The translations under genes and the position numbers were made by a program. From a virus (taxonomy: Duplodnaviria > Caudoviricetes), in the IMG/VR virus record IMGVR_UViG_3300049899_000143, positions 1 through 30,747 of that record: 30,747 bases of DNA; one strand, written 5' to 3'. Under the pieces are notes generated by a model, which did no database searches, was not told where the DNA came from, and saw only the letters and a list, made by a program, of their open reading frames with translations. Positions 15,977-26,094 of the stretch are shown piece after piece. The stretch's first letter is position 1. Every line of letters begins with the position of its first letter.

Positions 15977-16480
15977 TCAAATTTTTTCGTAGGTATACGT
16001 CAGATACCTGAAGGTTGCAGATGCCTTGATCCCTTCAATATCGGCAGATGCCGAATCAAATAAAACTTCTGATAAATTAGTTGGAAATAGGTCTTTAAAT
16101 ATAATTTGATAATTGGGGTTCATATTTGAATTCAGGATGGTGAGCGTTGCATCCGAATAAATGTGCTTTTCCTTCTGGGAGGCATATTCTGAATAGTCAT
16201 GGGGGAACCCCAGGCCTGCCATCCAGTCATAGAGTTCCCTCCAATTCTGAAGGTCTTCGTCCACAAGGAACTGAATGTTCAATGGATCAAAAACAAGGGT
16301 TTCTCCAGGGACAGCCGTCTGAAGAAATGGGGTGGGCTGGGGGGCCTCGCCAAGAGTAAGTCCAGGGAGGTTTACAGAAGTCAGAAACCAATTGGTGGTC
16401 GGAAGCACTTCGATATAAAATCGAAATCCTACAGGAGATAGGTAGTTGATGTTGTCTGGTGAATTGAATGATTTTGCCAT
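15977..16480 (-). CDS. gp3: Tail tube terminator / tail completion protein
   Basis: NYLSPVGFRF, FLVDEDL.NW.ELYDWM, SDATLTILNS and F..LFP..LS; position after gp23. Confidence 0.9.
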   Translation of the reverse strand: MAKSFNSPDNINYLSPVGFRFYIEVLPTTNWFLTSVNLPGLTLGEAPQPTPFLQTAVPGETLVFDPLNIQFLVDEDLQNWRELYDWMAGLGFPHDYSEYASQKEKHIYSDATLTILNSNMNPNYQIIFKDLFPTNLSEVLFDSASADIEGIKASATFRYLTYTYEKI

Positions 16481-16506
16481 GCTACTATGCGGTGCCTCCT
16501 ATTATG

Positions 16507-16514
16507 TATTTAGG
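16507..16514 (-). promoter_or_regulatory. Late promoter variant CCTAAATA upstream of gp3
   Basis: TAAATA core lies between the gp23 terminator and the GGAGG RBS of gp3. Confidence 0.55.
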
Positions 16515-16525
16515 CGTCGGGCGGC

Positions 16526-16577
16526 CGAAAAGAAACGAGGAGTGTCTCTATGAAAGACACCCCTCGATTTCTTTTCG
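16526..16577 (-). terminator. Intrinsic terminator after gp23 (probably bidirectional)
   Basis: CGAGGGGTGTCT...AGACACTCCTCG stem flanked by A- and T-rich tracts. Confidence 0.85.
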
Positions 16578-16599
16578 ATTATGATGCTACTACGGATTA

Positions 16600-17937
16600 C
16601 TAGCCAGCCAGATTATTGACTCCGAAGGCTCTGTAGTATCTGTTGTTCTGACCGACCGACACTTCTGAACTTCCAGTATCCGTTGCAAATGGATTCACAC
16701 CAACACCGTAGCGGGTCTTGAATCCAATCTTGGGCTGGAATGTTTCCTCACCAATTGCACGGACCATCTGGAGGGGAACGTATGGGCAGTAGAACATCCC
16801 TGCATCATATGGCGATGTTCCCTTGTATCCAACACACACAAAGTCGTCCCCGGAGAAGGAGTAGGGGTCAATGTAGACCTTGAGTCCTGCACCAATGGTT
16901 CCGGCGAATGTGCTTCCAGTATCATCTACCGTGAGTGCGGCAGATGGGTCAAGAACACCAGCAGTTGCAAGAGCAGAGGCAATATCACTCGAACAGAGAA
17001 TGAAGTTACCCTTCCCTCGACGAGTGTTCTTTGCAATGGCATTGGCTTCCGTCTCAATCTTGTAGACAAGAGACTTGAATCGCTCTACGAGCCAGCGACC
17101 GTCCAATGAACCAAGCCCTGCTGCATTGTTACCAGAAGGTGCAGACCCTCGGGCATCAATGGCATCAACGCCAGTAGAACTCATGTAGATTGAGCGAACA
17201 ATTTCACGATTGATTTCTGCATTGATCTCAGTCGTGAGAATGTTTGCAAGCTCAGTCTCGGCATCAAGACCATGAATTGCCTTCAAGTCCTGTGCCAGTT
17301 CTACCGAATACTCTGCCTTGAGGGCCCGAGTAACGGCAGTAACCTGAGCCTTGTCAATCTGGAATGACATGGAAGGAATCTGATTGGTTGCGGATTGGCC
17401 CCATCCTTCGGCAGTTGCTGTAAATGCACCCTTGTTGATTGCAACGGCTTCCGATGCGACTGCATTGAACATCTGATTGGCTGCGCCGGATGCGCCTACA
17501 GGAAGAAGACCGACTCCACGACCAGCAGAATAAGCAGTATTTGCCTCGGAGTAGAATGCATTTGTTGTAGCAACTGCCCCGCCCGTTTGGTCTTTGCCAT
17601 ATGTTGGGCGAAGTGCAAAAATCAGACCCGTTGGGCCCGACATTGGCTGAACACCCATAACATCAAATGCAATGAGGTTAGGAGCAGTTCGTCTCACAAG
17701 GCTGATAAGAACAGGATCAAACTTGGCGGCATTGCCCGAAATTACTTCCGGCGCAAGAGATTCTCCAAGAAGACTTGTCGAACCCGCTCCTGTTATTGAT
17801 GCCTGTTCTTGAAGAGAAATCTCTTGCTGCTCAAGCATGTGTGCCGTGACAACCTTTCGGTAATGATTCTTGATCTCAGGAAGATCCGTATGGTCAAGAA
17901 CTGGTTGCCATTTGTTAACTAGCTGTTCATTCAACAT
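16600..17937 (-). CDS. gp23: Major capsid protein
   Basis: KWQPVLD, DPVLISLVRR, GVQPMSGPTGLIFA, RALKAEYSVELAQDLKAIHGLDAETELANIL, FYCPYVPL and FQPKIGFKTRYG. Confidence 0.99.
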   Translation of the reverse strand: MLNEQLVNKWQPVLDHTDLPEIKNHYRKVVTAHMLEQQEISLQEQASITGAGSTSLLGESLAPEVISGNAAKFDPVLISLVRRTAPNLIAFDVMGVQPMSGPTGLIFALRPTYGKDQTGGAVATTNAFYSEANTAYSAGRGVGLLPVGASGAANQMFNAVASEAVAINKGAFTATAEGWGQSATNQIPSMSFQIDKAQVTAVTRALKAEYSVELAQDLKAIHGLDAETELANILTTEINAEINREIVRSIYMSSTGVDAIDARGSAPSGNNAAGLGSLDGRWLVERFKSLVYKIETEANAIAKNTRRGKGNFILCSSDIASALATAGVLDPSAALTVDDTGSTFAGTIGAGLKVYIDPYSFSGDDFVCVGYKGTSPYDAGMFYCPYVPLQMVRAIGEETFQPKIGFKTRYGVGVNPFATDTGSSEVSVGQNNRYYRAFGVNNLAG

Positions 17938-17996
17938 GTGTTTACTCCTTAAAAATTCGTTGAATTAGATAATCTCTTCAACAGTATCCTAATGTT

Positions 17997-18004
17997 TATT
18001 TATA
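17997..18004 (-). promoter_or_regulatory. Late promoter TATAAATA upstream of gp23
   Basis: Exact consensus in the intergenic region. Confidence 0.85.
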
Positions 18005-18006
18005 AA

Positions 18007-19341
18007 TTATTGATTTTCAACAACAGTTCTTCCAAGCGTACTTACATATGCAGCCATCGAAGAATTGTGTGGTGCCTCTTCGGTGCCTGCAAGACCATTT
18101 TCCGAAACTTCAAACTCTTCATCAAGTGGGATTGTCTTGCCGCGAACCGTCCTTGGGAAATAGTTCTCTTTGATTGTCTCAAGGGCAGTCTCATATTGGT
18201 CTACGTCTTCAAAGTTCACGCCTTCTGCAAGGCCCTTCATCTTCTCTGATTCGATGTCGGTCAACTCATCAGAGAGATTGGTCAGGATTTCATCTTTCTG
18301 AAACCCCTTAACCTTGGAAAAGAGGTCTATATTTTTCTCAACATTTTCGTTGAGTTCGCTCTCCAATTGGTCAACTCGGCTGGCAAGACTGTCTACTACA
18401 TCAACCTTCTCTTCTGGAATGTCAATATAATGATCTTCAAACAGTTGCTTGAGTCCACCAATAAATTCTTCGGTAATTTCCGACTTGATTCCACGCTCGA
18501 TTGCAAGCTCGTTGTCCTTGACCCACTCTTCTATTACATACGAAAGGTAATTGTCTACCTTGTCGGTGATTGTAGAAAGGATGGATGCCTCCGACTCTTG
18601 CAACTTGGCCCCAAACGAGGCTTCCATTTCTTCAAGTTCAGAATTGATCTTTGCGACCACGGCAGCTTCAAAAACTGTTTGAACCTGTGTCTTGAATTCT
18701 TCTGAGAGGTCGTTCTCTCCAAAAATTGCAGTAAGGTCTTCTGAAATGTCAATATCATCGCTGGTGATGACCGTGCGCTCAACAGAAAGGGGAATCTCAA
18801 TTGAATCATCATCATCCTCATCAGAAGCAGACTCTCCAAGGAGGTCGCTCATGAGCTTGGAATATGCACCAGCAAGTTTTTCTGCATCCGTGTCCTTCAT
18901 TGTTTCAAAGACGGCACGAATTATTTCTTGTTTGGTTTCTGGAATGACTTGCTCTTCTACATCATCATCATCCTCGTCATCGTCATCCTTTGCAAAGGGA
19001 TTCTTGCCCTTCTTCTTGCCCTTCTTCTTGCCATTCTCTTCTTCGTCATCCTCATCGGCTGCTTCATAAACTTCAATTTCAGACGGGTCATCTCCTTCGC
19101 CCTTGGCTTCTGCGCCAGACTTGACCTTCTTCTTGGTCAGCTTCTTGCCCTTGGGCGTGGCGGCCTTTGTCACCTTGCCACTCTCGGGAGCAGAACCAGT
19201 GGCCCCACTTCCAGGCTTGTCTGGAGATTCGGTAGAATCTTCTGCCAATTCGTATTCAATCTCATTTGCAATATCATTTGCAATCTGGTCAATTTCTTCA
19301 TCAATTGAGATTTCTGCGGTACTTAAATATTCGGTAGCCAT
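18007..19341 (-). CDS. gp22: Prohead core scaffolding protein
   Basis: LSEEFK....TVFEAAV, VDNYLSYVIEEW...NELAIERGIK.EI.E.F..GLK.LF.DHYIDIPEEK and IKENYF. Start re-called at 19341 (GGAG RBS). Confidence 0.93.
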   Translation of the reverse strand: MATEYLSTAEISIDEEIDQIANDIANEIEYELAEDSTESPDKPGSGATGSAPESGKVTKAATPKGKKLTKKKVKSGAEAKGEGDDPSEIEVYEAADEDDEEENGKKKGKKKGKNPFAKDDDDEDDDDVEEQVIPETKQEIIRAVFETMKDTDAEKLAGAYSKLMSDLLGESASDEDDDDSIEIPLSVERTVITSDDIDISEDLTAIFGENDLSEEFKTQVQTVFEAAVVAKINSELEEMEASFGAKLQESEASILSTITDKVDNYLSYVIEEWVKDNELAIERGIKSEITEEFIGGLKQLFEDHYIDIPEEKVDVVDSLASRVDQLESELNENVEKNIDLFSKVKGFQKDEILTNLSDELTDIESEKMKGLAEGVNFEDVDQYETALETIKENYFPRTVRGKTIPLDEEFEVSENGLAGTEEAPHNSSMAAYVSTLGRTVVENQ

Positions 19342-19391
19342 TATATCCATCTCCTTAGAAAGAATGGAAGAATCCAAAGGTTATTCTTAGT

Positions 19392-19399
19392 TATTTATA
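19392..19399 (-). promoter_or_regulatory. Late promoter TATAAATA upstream of gp22
   Basis: Exact consensus. Confidence 0.85.
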
Positions 19400-19403
19400 A
19401 CTC

Positions 19404-20060
19404 CTACAATTTTGACAAGAACGATTTGAATATTCTTAACTTCTGCTCTTCCATGTCTTTTCTCTTTGCCGTTTCATTGATTTGTCTCTTATATTTCTCT
19501 ATTTCTCTCTCTTTAATTATCCCATTATCCCAGACCCATTCTTTGCCTTCCATGATACCTTCGACAAATGCCTCTGGGGCAGAAGGGTCTGCAACAATAT
19601 CTGCGGCAGTCGCAAGATAGAAATCATCCTGCACGACATTGGTTCCTCGTTGATTCTTTAACGAACCCATTCCGCGTGAAGAAACTCCCAGCTTGGCACC
19701 CTCGTCGATGAGATTCTTGACAATCTTGCCATACGGGGTGTCCATAATCTTTGCCTTGCCAATCCAATTGTTTCCGTCTTCCTTGAGTTCCTTTATCATA
19801 TGAGAAACACGTTCAAGGTTGACTACCGGACCATCGGGATGGCCAAGTTCTCCGAATGCCCTGTTCTGGTCAACATAGTTTCCAATATACTTGTAGACCT
19901 CTTTGTTCAGGACTTCCTTGGGATAGATGCGACCGTTGCGATTCTTTTGTTCAGCCTGCATGAAAACGCCCTTGATATAGTGACTCTTTTCGCCTTTGGC
20001 ATTCTCTTCCGTGATGAATTCAACATCTCCATCTGCCATGATTTCGGTAATTAGTTTCAT
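19404..20060 (-). CDS. gp21: Prohead protease
   Basis: MKLITE, NRNGRIYP, GELGHP, GVSSRGMGS and DIVADPSAP.AFV. Confidence 0.97.
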   Translation of the reverse strand: MKLITEIMADGDVEFITEENAKGEKSHYIKGVFMQAEQKNRNGRIYPKEVLNKEVYKYIGNYVDQNRAFGELGHPDGPVVNLERVSHMIKELKEDGNNWIGKAKIMDTPYGKIVKNLIDEGAKLGVSSRGMGSLKNQRGTNVVQDDFYLATAADIVADPSAPEAFVEGIMEGKEWVWDNGIIKEREIEKYKRQINETAKRKDMEEQKLRIFKSFLSKL

Positions 20061-20257
20061 TGCCCTGCCTCGTCGTTGTTGTTGTCGTCTTCTTGAGAAG
20101 ATTCAATATCGTTTAGCCAACGATTTGAAATTTCCATTTTCTTTGTCTTGAATGCATCAGAAACCTTGGAAAATAACACAGAGTTAATTTTGTCTGCCAT
20201 TTCGGAAGGCTTCTCGCCCAGAGCATCCTTGATTGCTGCCCTAATTGTTTCTTTCAT
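20057..20257 (-). CDS. Small prohead core protein (gp67/gp68 position)
   Basis: 66 aa between gp20 and gp21, with its own late promoter and GGAG RBS; ATGA overlap with gp21. Confidence 0.65.
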   Translation of the reverse strand: MKETIRAAIKDALGEKPSEMADKINSVLFSKVSDAFKTKKMEISNRWLNDIESSQEDDNNNDEAGQ

Positions 20258-20278
20258 AATAAATTTCTCCCTTTATTA

Positions 20279-20286
20279 TATTTATA
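20279..20286 (-). promoter_or_regulatory. Late promoter TATAAATA
   Basis: Exact consensus immediately after the gp20 stop. Confidence 0.8.
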
Positions 20287-21975
20287 TCAAGTAATATCTT
20301 CATGGAGTTTTCTTTGTTTGGCATTTACTAATTTAATTGTCTTTACTCGATTCTTTGTTAAAATTTTCTCTTCTTGTTGACTTTTGTTTTCAGGTGAAGG
20401 GTTGTTGGGTTTATTATTTTCTTCGCGATTGTTGTCACCATCACCATCAGAAGGTTCATCCAAATCAATAGTTCCATCCTCAACTTCGTCTGCAATTTCG
20501 TTATCTATCTGAGCGATTTCCTCTTCAGTTTGCGATAATACATTCTTACGCAACCATTTTTGTGAATAATATTTTCCAATATATTCATCCATTGTCTGTG
20601 CAATTTCCATTCGTTCCCGCATGATTTCAGTGTGCTTCAATTCAGAAAAATGTGAATCTTGTCTGAAATTATATTCAACCAAAGATTTGATGGTGTCCCA
20701 ATCTTGCGCCGAAAGAATTCCTTTGAGTTGTAATTGTTTTCCGAGTATATCATCAAACAAAGTAGAAAACCTATGCCGAAGGCGATTGACATATTTACCA
20801 AACTTTACCTCGTCTCGGGTGATTTCTGTTGCCCGGCCCAACGAGAACGACCCTTCCGGCTCAAGCCTTGAGACAGGAACACCCAATGCCTTATAGAGTT
20901 TCTTTTTAAAATAGATAACATCTTCAATTTCTCCGAGATTAGTACCACCGGGAAGTGTCGTGATTTCCGTACCACGGCCGCCTTCACGGCGAGGAAGCCA
21001 GTAGTCTTCAAGCATGGACATGTGCTTGCGGTCATCGCGCACCTCTCCGGTGGCAGTATCATATACAACCTTGTTCTTGAATTTGGACATGATGCTCGAA
21101 AGATATTGTTCTGCCTTTATCTTTGGAAGGTTTCCTACGTCAACATAAAAAATACGTCTTTCTGGGGCCCGTGCAAGGCGATAGATGACTGTTGCATCCT
21201 CAAGCATCTTGAGTTGATTCATAGGCTTGATTGCCTTGTGAAGATTGCCAAGAATCATTTTCTTTGTGGGATCAAGTATACCAGAATGAACATGGGAAAT
21301 ACTGTCCTTTGCAATCTTCAGGCCAGTCTGGTCACTACTGCTGCTATACCCTACTCTTGGTGCAATTCCGCCGGGATAATATAAATAATATTCTGTCACA
21401 TTCTGTGGCAAAGAAATTAATGTATTGTTTTGTGATTTCTTTCCTGCAACCTCACGAACCTTTTTGACTTGTCGTGGGTCAATTGGGCGAAGCTCTTGTA
21501 TTCCATCTCTTGGATTTTTTGCATCAATCATTACATGATAATATAGCCGACCATCGACATACCACTTTTTGAATATGTCATATGCATAGTCCTGAAACAA
21601 CAGCAATCTTAAAACTTCACCAAATTCTTCTGAAATTTTGTTTTTGATTGAGTCGGGAATATCAACATTGCCAAGAGAAATTGCAACCGGAGACTTTCCT
21701 TGCTCGGTAATGACAGACTCGTTAATGATGTCGTCAATGGCAAGTTCAACTTCTGGATTCATGGCCATTTCACGGTAACGGGTAATTAATTCAATTTCAT
21801 CCTTGACAGAACCTTCAAGATCAAGATAAGTTCCATAGACACCACCAGTCACGGTGGGTGCCTCCACCGTTAATGCAGCATCAAGATTTTCTGGAAGAGA
21901 AAATGACTGAAGACGTTCTTCGGGAACATTTTCGTTGTCTCTTCCAATTGTGAAACCTAATAATTTAATTGCCAT
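20287..21975 (-). CDS. gp20: Portal vertex protein
   Basis: WYVDGRLYYH, IYRLARAPERRIFYVDVGNLPK.KAEQY and EDYWLPRREGGRGTEITTLPGG. Confidence 0.98.
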   Translation of the reverse strand: MAIKLLGFTIGRDNENVPEERLQSFSLPENLDAALTVEAPTVTGGVYGTYLDLEGSVKDEIELITRYREMAMNPEVELAIDDIINESVITEQGKSPVAISLGNVDIPDSIKNKISEEFGEVLRLLLFQDYAYDIFKKWYVDGRLYYHVMIDAKNPRDGIQELRPIDPRQVKKVREVAGKKSQNNTLISLPQNVTEYYLYYPGGIAPRVGYSSSSDQTGLKIAKDSISHVHSGILDPTKKMILGNLHKAIKPMNQLKMLEDATVIYRLARAPERRIFYVDVGNLPKIKAEQYLSSIMSKFKNKVVYDTATGEVRDDRKHMSMLEDYWLPRREGGRGTEITTLPGGTNLGEIEDVIYFKKKLYKALGVPVSRLEPEGSFSLGRATEITRDEVKFGKYVNRLRHRFSTLFDDILGKQLQLKGILSAQDWDTIKSLVEYNFRQDSHFSELKHTEIMRERMEIAQTMDEYIGKYYSQKWLRKNVLSQTEEEIAQIDNEIADEVEDGTIDLDEPSDGDGDNNREENNKPNNPSPENKSQQEEKILTKNRVKTIKLVNAKQRKLHEDIT

Positions 21976-22052
21976 AAAATGTAGCCTCTCCAGCAGGGTG
22001 GATTAATATATAATACCTATATGTGTATATATGTTCCCCTGCCGGATAGGTT

Positions 22053-22595
22053 TTAGGTTGTCTGTGTCTTGTCGTCTGCAATCTGCCAGTAGTCATACTG
22101 CCATGTGACGGCAAACTCTTCGACTGCATCATTTTGATCCCATCCCAATTCAATGGCGGCAACCGAGGAAGGCCAACAATTAATCATGGTAATTTGTTTG
22201 GCAACTTCGCCCTCTTTCTTGTAGTGCGTCACCTGTGCATCCACCTGATAGTCGTTTCCAGAAACAGTCCTTAGATTCTCGCCGTGACCCTGAATGCCAT
22301 TCATCCAATTGACAAGCCCGGCATGAATGGCAAAGTCTTCGTCGTTGATGACGGTCGTTGTCCACTCGGCAAACGTTCGATTGCCTGCCAACTTAATGTT
22401 CCGCCCAAAGTAGGGAACCTCGACAAGCCCAATGTCTGCTCCGGGAATCTGGGCACCCTTGCACATGAAAGTCATCTTCTGACCCGCTTCGCCGGGATTT
22501 ACTGCACCCGGAAAAGGAATCGTGACCTCATATAGATTGGGGCGTGCGCCCTGGCCAACAAGCTCGGCTCTGAAATTATTAATTGAAAAAGGCAT
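22053..22595 (-). CDS. gp19: Tail tube protein
   Basis: GARPNLYEV, VPYFGR.IKLAG.RTF.EWT.TVINDEDF and EEF.VTW.YDYW. Confidence 0.96.
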   Translation of the reverse strand: MPFSINNFRAELVGQGARPNLYEVTIPFPGAVNPGEAGQKMTFMCKGAQIPGADIGLVEVPYFGRNIKLAGNRTFAEWTTTVINDEDFAIHAGLVNWMNGIQGHGENLRTVSGNDYQVDAQVTHYKKEGEVAKQITMINCWPSSVAAIELGWDQNDAVEEFAVTWQYDYWQIADDKTQTT

Positions 22596-22626
22596 TATTT
22601 GCTCTCCTTGATATGTATCCTAATTC

Positions 22627-22634
22627 TATTTATG
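22627..22634 (-). promoter_or_regulatory. Late promoter variant CATAAATA upstream of gp19
   Basis: 7/8 match to the consensus in the intergenic gap. Confidence 0.7.
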
Positions 22635-22643
22635 CTCTAATCC

Positions 22644-24395
22644 TTAGAATTTGCCTACAACTTCTGAGAAATCAACCCCAGTCTTGACGGCAATAAAGTT
22701 CAACTGAATGAAGTTGATTGAGCGAGCAGGTTTGATGTAAATATCACCAACAAATTCATTTCTATCAATGACGCTCCCTGGATTGTTCGTGTCATCACAC
22801 ACAACCTTGAACTCATTAATGCCCCTCCGACCCTTGACATCCCGAAGGAATGGTTCAACCATATTTCGGAATTGGGCCCGAGTGAACTCGTCATTGAATT
22901 CAAAGAGTGAGAACTTGGCAGCAGTCGAGATTGATTTTTCCAACAGAATAAATAGTCGTCGGACATTGATTCGATCAAAGGCACTTGGCTTACTCTGAGA
23001 GGTCTTATCGCCATACAGGAGTGTTCCCTGACCTGGGAATGTCACCACAGGGTTCACCCCATTCTTGTATAGTTCGTCTCGGTCTGCCTTTGAAGGATTG
23101 TATGCCAACTTGACAACGTTCTTGATTTGACCACGATTGTATCCGGCAGGACTCCACCATGTATCTCTTGTGTTGTCCGTCCGTGCAGTCAGCCCGGCAA
23201 TGTCACCATTCAGAGGGGTCCAACGATAGATGTCGTTGTACTTGTCATACTGATACTTCCATCCACTATCGCAGAATGCATATGATGTATTTTTATTGAT
23301 TTTTATAGACTTAAATCCAGTGGTTTTATTAATGATTGCTTCCAATCTAGCCGAATTGGTTGCTACGTCCACAACATCAGATTTAAGTGGAGAATAAAAC
23401 GCAACAGCATCCTTACGAGTGGTTGCAATATCAATTACCTTTTTGATTACAGTTTCTTGGTTGGTTCCATCAGAAACTGATGCGCCGCCCTGACCGCAAA
23501 TGAGCAATGATACATCTTCTTGGTCTGAATCTTCAAAAAGTTCATATCCTCGTATCAGGTCTGCGGACCCGAAGGCCTTCGGGCCGTCTGACCCGCCACC
23601 AAGCGCCAGGGAGAGTCTTCCGTGGGCAGTATTTCCAAACGTAGTGCCGTCTGCCGCAGGCGTTCCATAAGTGGCTTCGGTTACCGCAGTTGGCGATGCA
23701 ACTCGAATATACTTGGACTTGTTATTGATTACCGTCTTGAAGTAAATATTGTCTCCGGCATTGTCCTTTGCGTCGGACGCCTTTGAAAGAAATGGATAGA
23801 TTTCTAGCACGCCATTTGCAACACCCGAAAAATGCCCAAGAGGGGAGTCGATGATTGCAATGTGCAGTTCGTCAAGCGAAGAACTTCTTGCACTCGCCCA
23901 ATTCGATGTGTTCGGCGAATCCGTGAAGTATGTGTTGGGCCACCAATTATTAAATCCGTTTACTCCACCAACAGTTCCGGCATGGTCACAGAGTTCGACA
24001 GTCAGTTGATTTCCAATTTGCCCTGGATACTTGGCAAAAAAGGTATTGCCTCCTGGCGGGCTCGAATCAAAGGATTCGTCGTTTTTAATCTGAATTCCGC
24101 CCGAGTGATAATTTTCGTGGGCATTGTATAAAGCGGTGCTTCCACAACGAACGACTCGCAGGGCATTTGAATATGCCAAAAAGTTTGCGGCACTAAAAAA
24201 ATCAACAGCAGAATTTGAGTCGGGCTTTCCAAACATAGAAACAAGGGTGTCTTCTGAATTAATCAGAGTGACGGTTTCCATTGGGCCCCATGTGAACCGT
24301 CCTGCAAATGCACCGATGGCAGTCGAGACTGCGGGGATGACGGTCGTCAAGTCAATTTCAGATACATTTACACCGGGGGAAACTTGAAATGGCAT
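22644..24395 (-). CDS. gp18: Tail sheath protein
   Basis: SPGV.VSEIDLT, WWSPAG.NRG, AFDRINVRRLF, FEFNDEFTR and IKPARSINFI. Confidence 0.98.
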   Translation of the reverse strand: MPFQVSPGVNVSEIDLTTVIPAVSTAIGAFAGRFTWGPMETVTLINSEDTLVSMFGKPDSNSAVDFFSAANFLAYSNALRVVRCGSTALYNAHENYHSGGIQIKNDESFDSSPPGGNTFFAKYPGQIGNQLTVELCDHAGTVGGVNGFNNWWPNTYFTDSPNTSNWASARSSSLDELHIAIIDSPLGHFSGVANGVLEIYPFLSKASDAKDNAGDNIYFKTVINNKSKYIRVASPTAVTEATYGTPAADGTTFGNTAHGRLSLALGGGSDGPKAFGSADLIRGYELFEDSDQEDVSLLICGQGGASVSDGTNQETVIKKVIDIATTRKDAVAFYSPLKSDVVDVATNSARLEAIINKTTGFKSIKINKNTSYAFCDSGWKYQYDKYNDIYRWTPLNGDIAGLTARTDNTRDTWWSPAGYNRGQIKNVVKLAYNPSKADRDELYKNGVNPVVTFPGQGTLLYGDKTSQSKPSAFDRINVRRLFILLEKSISTAAKFSLFEFNDEFTRAQFRNMVEPFLRDVKGRRGINEFKVVCDDTNNPGSVIDRNEFVGDIYIKPARSINFIQLNFIAVKTGVDFSEVVGKF

Positions 24396-24452
24396 GTTAT
24401 TTTCTCCTTTGAGGATATGGCAAGCTCATATGCCCATAAACTAATTCTTGAA

Positions 24453-24460
24453 TATTTATA
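24453..24460 (-). promoter_or_regulatory. Late promoter TATAAATA upstream of gp18
   Basis: Exact consensus. Confidence 0.85.
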
Positions 24461-24477
24461 AAAAAGGAGTTTTTCAT

Positions 24478-26094
24478 TCAATCATTTACATGAAACCAAA
24501 CCTGCCCGTCTCCATCCGTAAATGTCTGCTCTTCCATTCCGACATCTACAAACCCAAAAGGTAAAATATCTTCTTCCAATAGCCTCATTTTTTCTTCCAA
24601 GAGATGTTTTCGGATGTCATTGTCTGTAATGTCCTTGAAGTGTGGCTGTGATGTCAGCCATGCAAACAACAAAAGAGTCATCACAAGGTCATCATGATTT
24701 CCTGCATCGGCTTCATATGATCCTGCCTTTGCAACAAACGAACTCAATTCTGCAATGGTGTCAAAGTCATTCACGATCAATTTATTCTCTTCGAGCAGAC
24801 TCTTGAGCATGGAACATCCGATTTGTTTGACCTTCTTTGACATGGTGAGGCCCAAGTCGGTTGTTCCTTTTCCAAAACCAGAATCAAATACCTGCCCTGC
24901 CCTTCCGCGAGTGGAAATCATCACAATATTTTCGTATTCAATTTCATTATGGAGAATATCGGCAACCTGTTTTCCAATGCCATTGACTTCAACAAGGACA
25001 TATGCCTCATTGTATTTCTCGGCCACCGATGCAATGACATTGGGGTATATCAAGGGAGTAATGGAGGCATTGCGATACTTGGCAACCTGTCTGTATGGAA
25101 ATTCTGTGGCATCAATGACAGAGAATGCAGAATAATCAAGATCCTCTCCGAGCGACACATCGACCGTCATCATATACAAGTGGTCTTCTTTGGGATATTC
25201 GTATACGTCAAGCCCATTGTTCTTGTCAATGGGGTTCTTGAACACCATGTTCTTCAATGTACTTCCAGAGATGAGCGTGTTCAGGCCACCAATGAACTCC
25301 CCTTCAAACTCCTGGGCCCAGCGTTCCTTTCCGATGTTGCGAATGGTTTCGTCTTTCCATCGGTTGTCTCTTCCGGGGACATCTTTCCAATGAACCTCAA
25401 GAGGAATATAGTTGTTCTTCTTGTCCTTGGCATCCTCCCACATCTTATAGAAGTGATTCAATCCATTCGGAGTGGAAACCACAACAATCTTTGTGGATGT
25501 ACCCGAAGAAATGGTAGGATACACAGAGGACATGAACTCAGAGGCAATGTTTGGAGGAACGAATGCAAACTCGTCCAAAAGAATCATGTTATAGGAACCA
25601 CCACGGATGGCTGAACTGGAGGTGGATGCGGCAACCACCTTGGAGCCGTTTTCAATTTCAAGGTTGCCCTTATTCCATATCAAGACGCCCTGCTGCAAGA
25701 ATTTCGGAAGATTCTCGTATGCAAGTTGCAGTCTGCTCAGGATGTCCCGTGCGAGTGAACCCTTGTTGGCCAGGATGGCAATGTTGACCGACTCATTGAA
25801 TAGGATATACCAAAGGAAATATGAAACGACTGTGGTTGACTTGCCAACCTGTCTCGGAGTGCAGAAAATGGAGAAGCGATTGTTATGAATCGTCTTGACC
25901 ATCTGCTTTTGAAATTTGTACAACTTGAATGGAATCAAACCCCTGTCCACATGAACTACCTTGATGTAGTTCTCAATAAAATACTGAGGCTTCTTGGAGC
26001 ATTTGATATACTCGGCAAGCTCCTCTTCGGTATAGTCATGAGGAACCCCGGCAGGCTTCAAGAGCGGATTGCCTAGATATGCATTGTCACCCAT
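24478..26094 (-). CDS. gp17: Terminase large subunit
   Basis: YLGNP.LK, PRQVGKST, ILLDEFAF, STPNGLNHFY, VDVS.G...DYS and HDDLVM; no intein or intron seen. Confidence 0.98.
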   Translation of the reverse strand: MGDNAYLGNPLLKPAGVPHDYTEEELAEYIKCSKKPQYFIENYIKVVHVDRGLIPFKLYKFQKQMVKTIHNNRFSIFCTPRQVGKSTTVVSYFLWYILFNESVNIAILANKGSLARDILSRLQLAYENLPKFLQQGVLIWNKGNLEIENGSKVVAASTSSSAIRGGSYNMILLDEFAFVPPNIASEFMSSVYPTISSGTSTKIVVVSTPNGLNHFYKMWEDAKDKKNNYIPLEVHWKDVPGRDNRWKDETIRNIGKERWAQEFEGEFIGGLNTLISGSTLKNMVFKNPIDKNNGLDVYEYPKEDHLYMMTVDVSLGEDLDYSAFSVIDATEFPYRQVAKYRNASITPLIYPNVIASVAEKYNEAYVLVEVNGIGKQVADILHNEIEYENIVMISTRGRAGQVFDSGFGKGTTDLGLTMSKKVKQIGCSMLKSLLEENKLIVNDFDTIAELSSFVAKAGSYEADAGNHDDLVMTLLLFAWLTSQPHFKDITDNDIRKHLLEEKMRLLEEDILPFGFVDVGMEEQTFTDGDGQVWFHVND

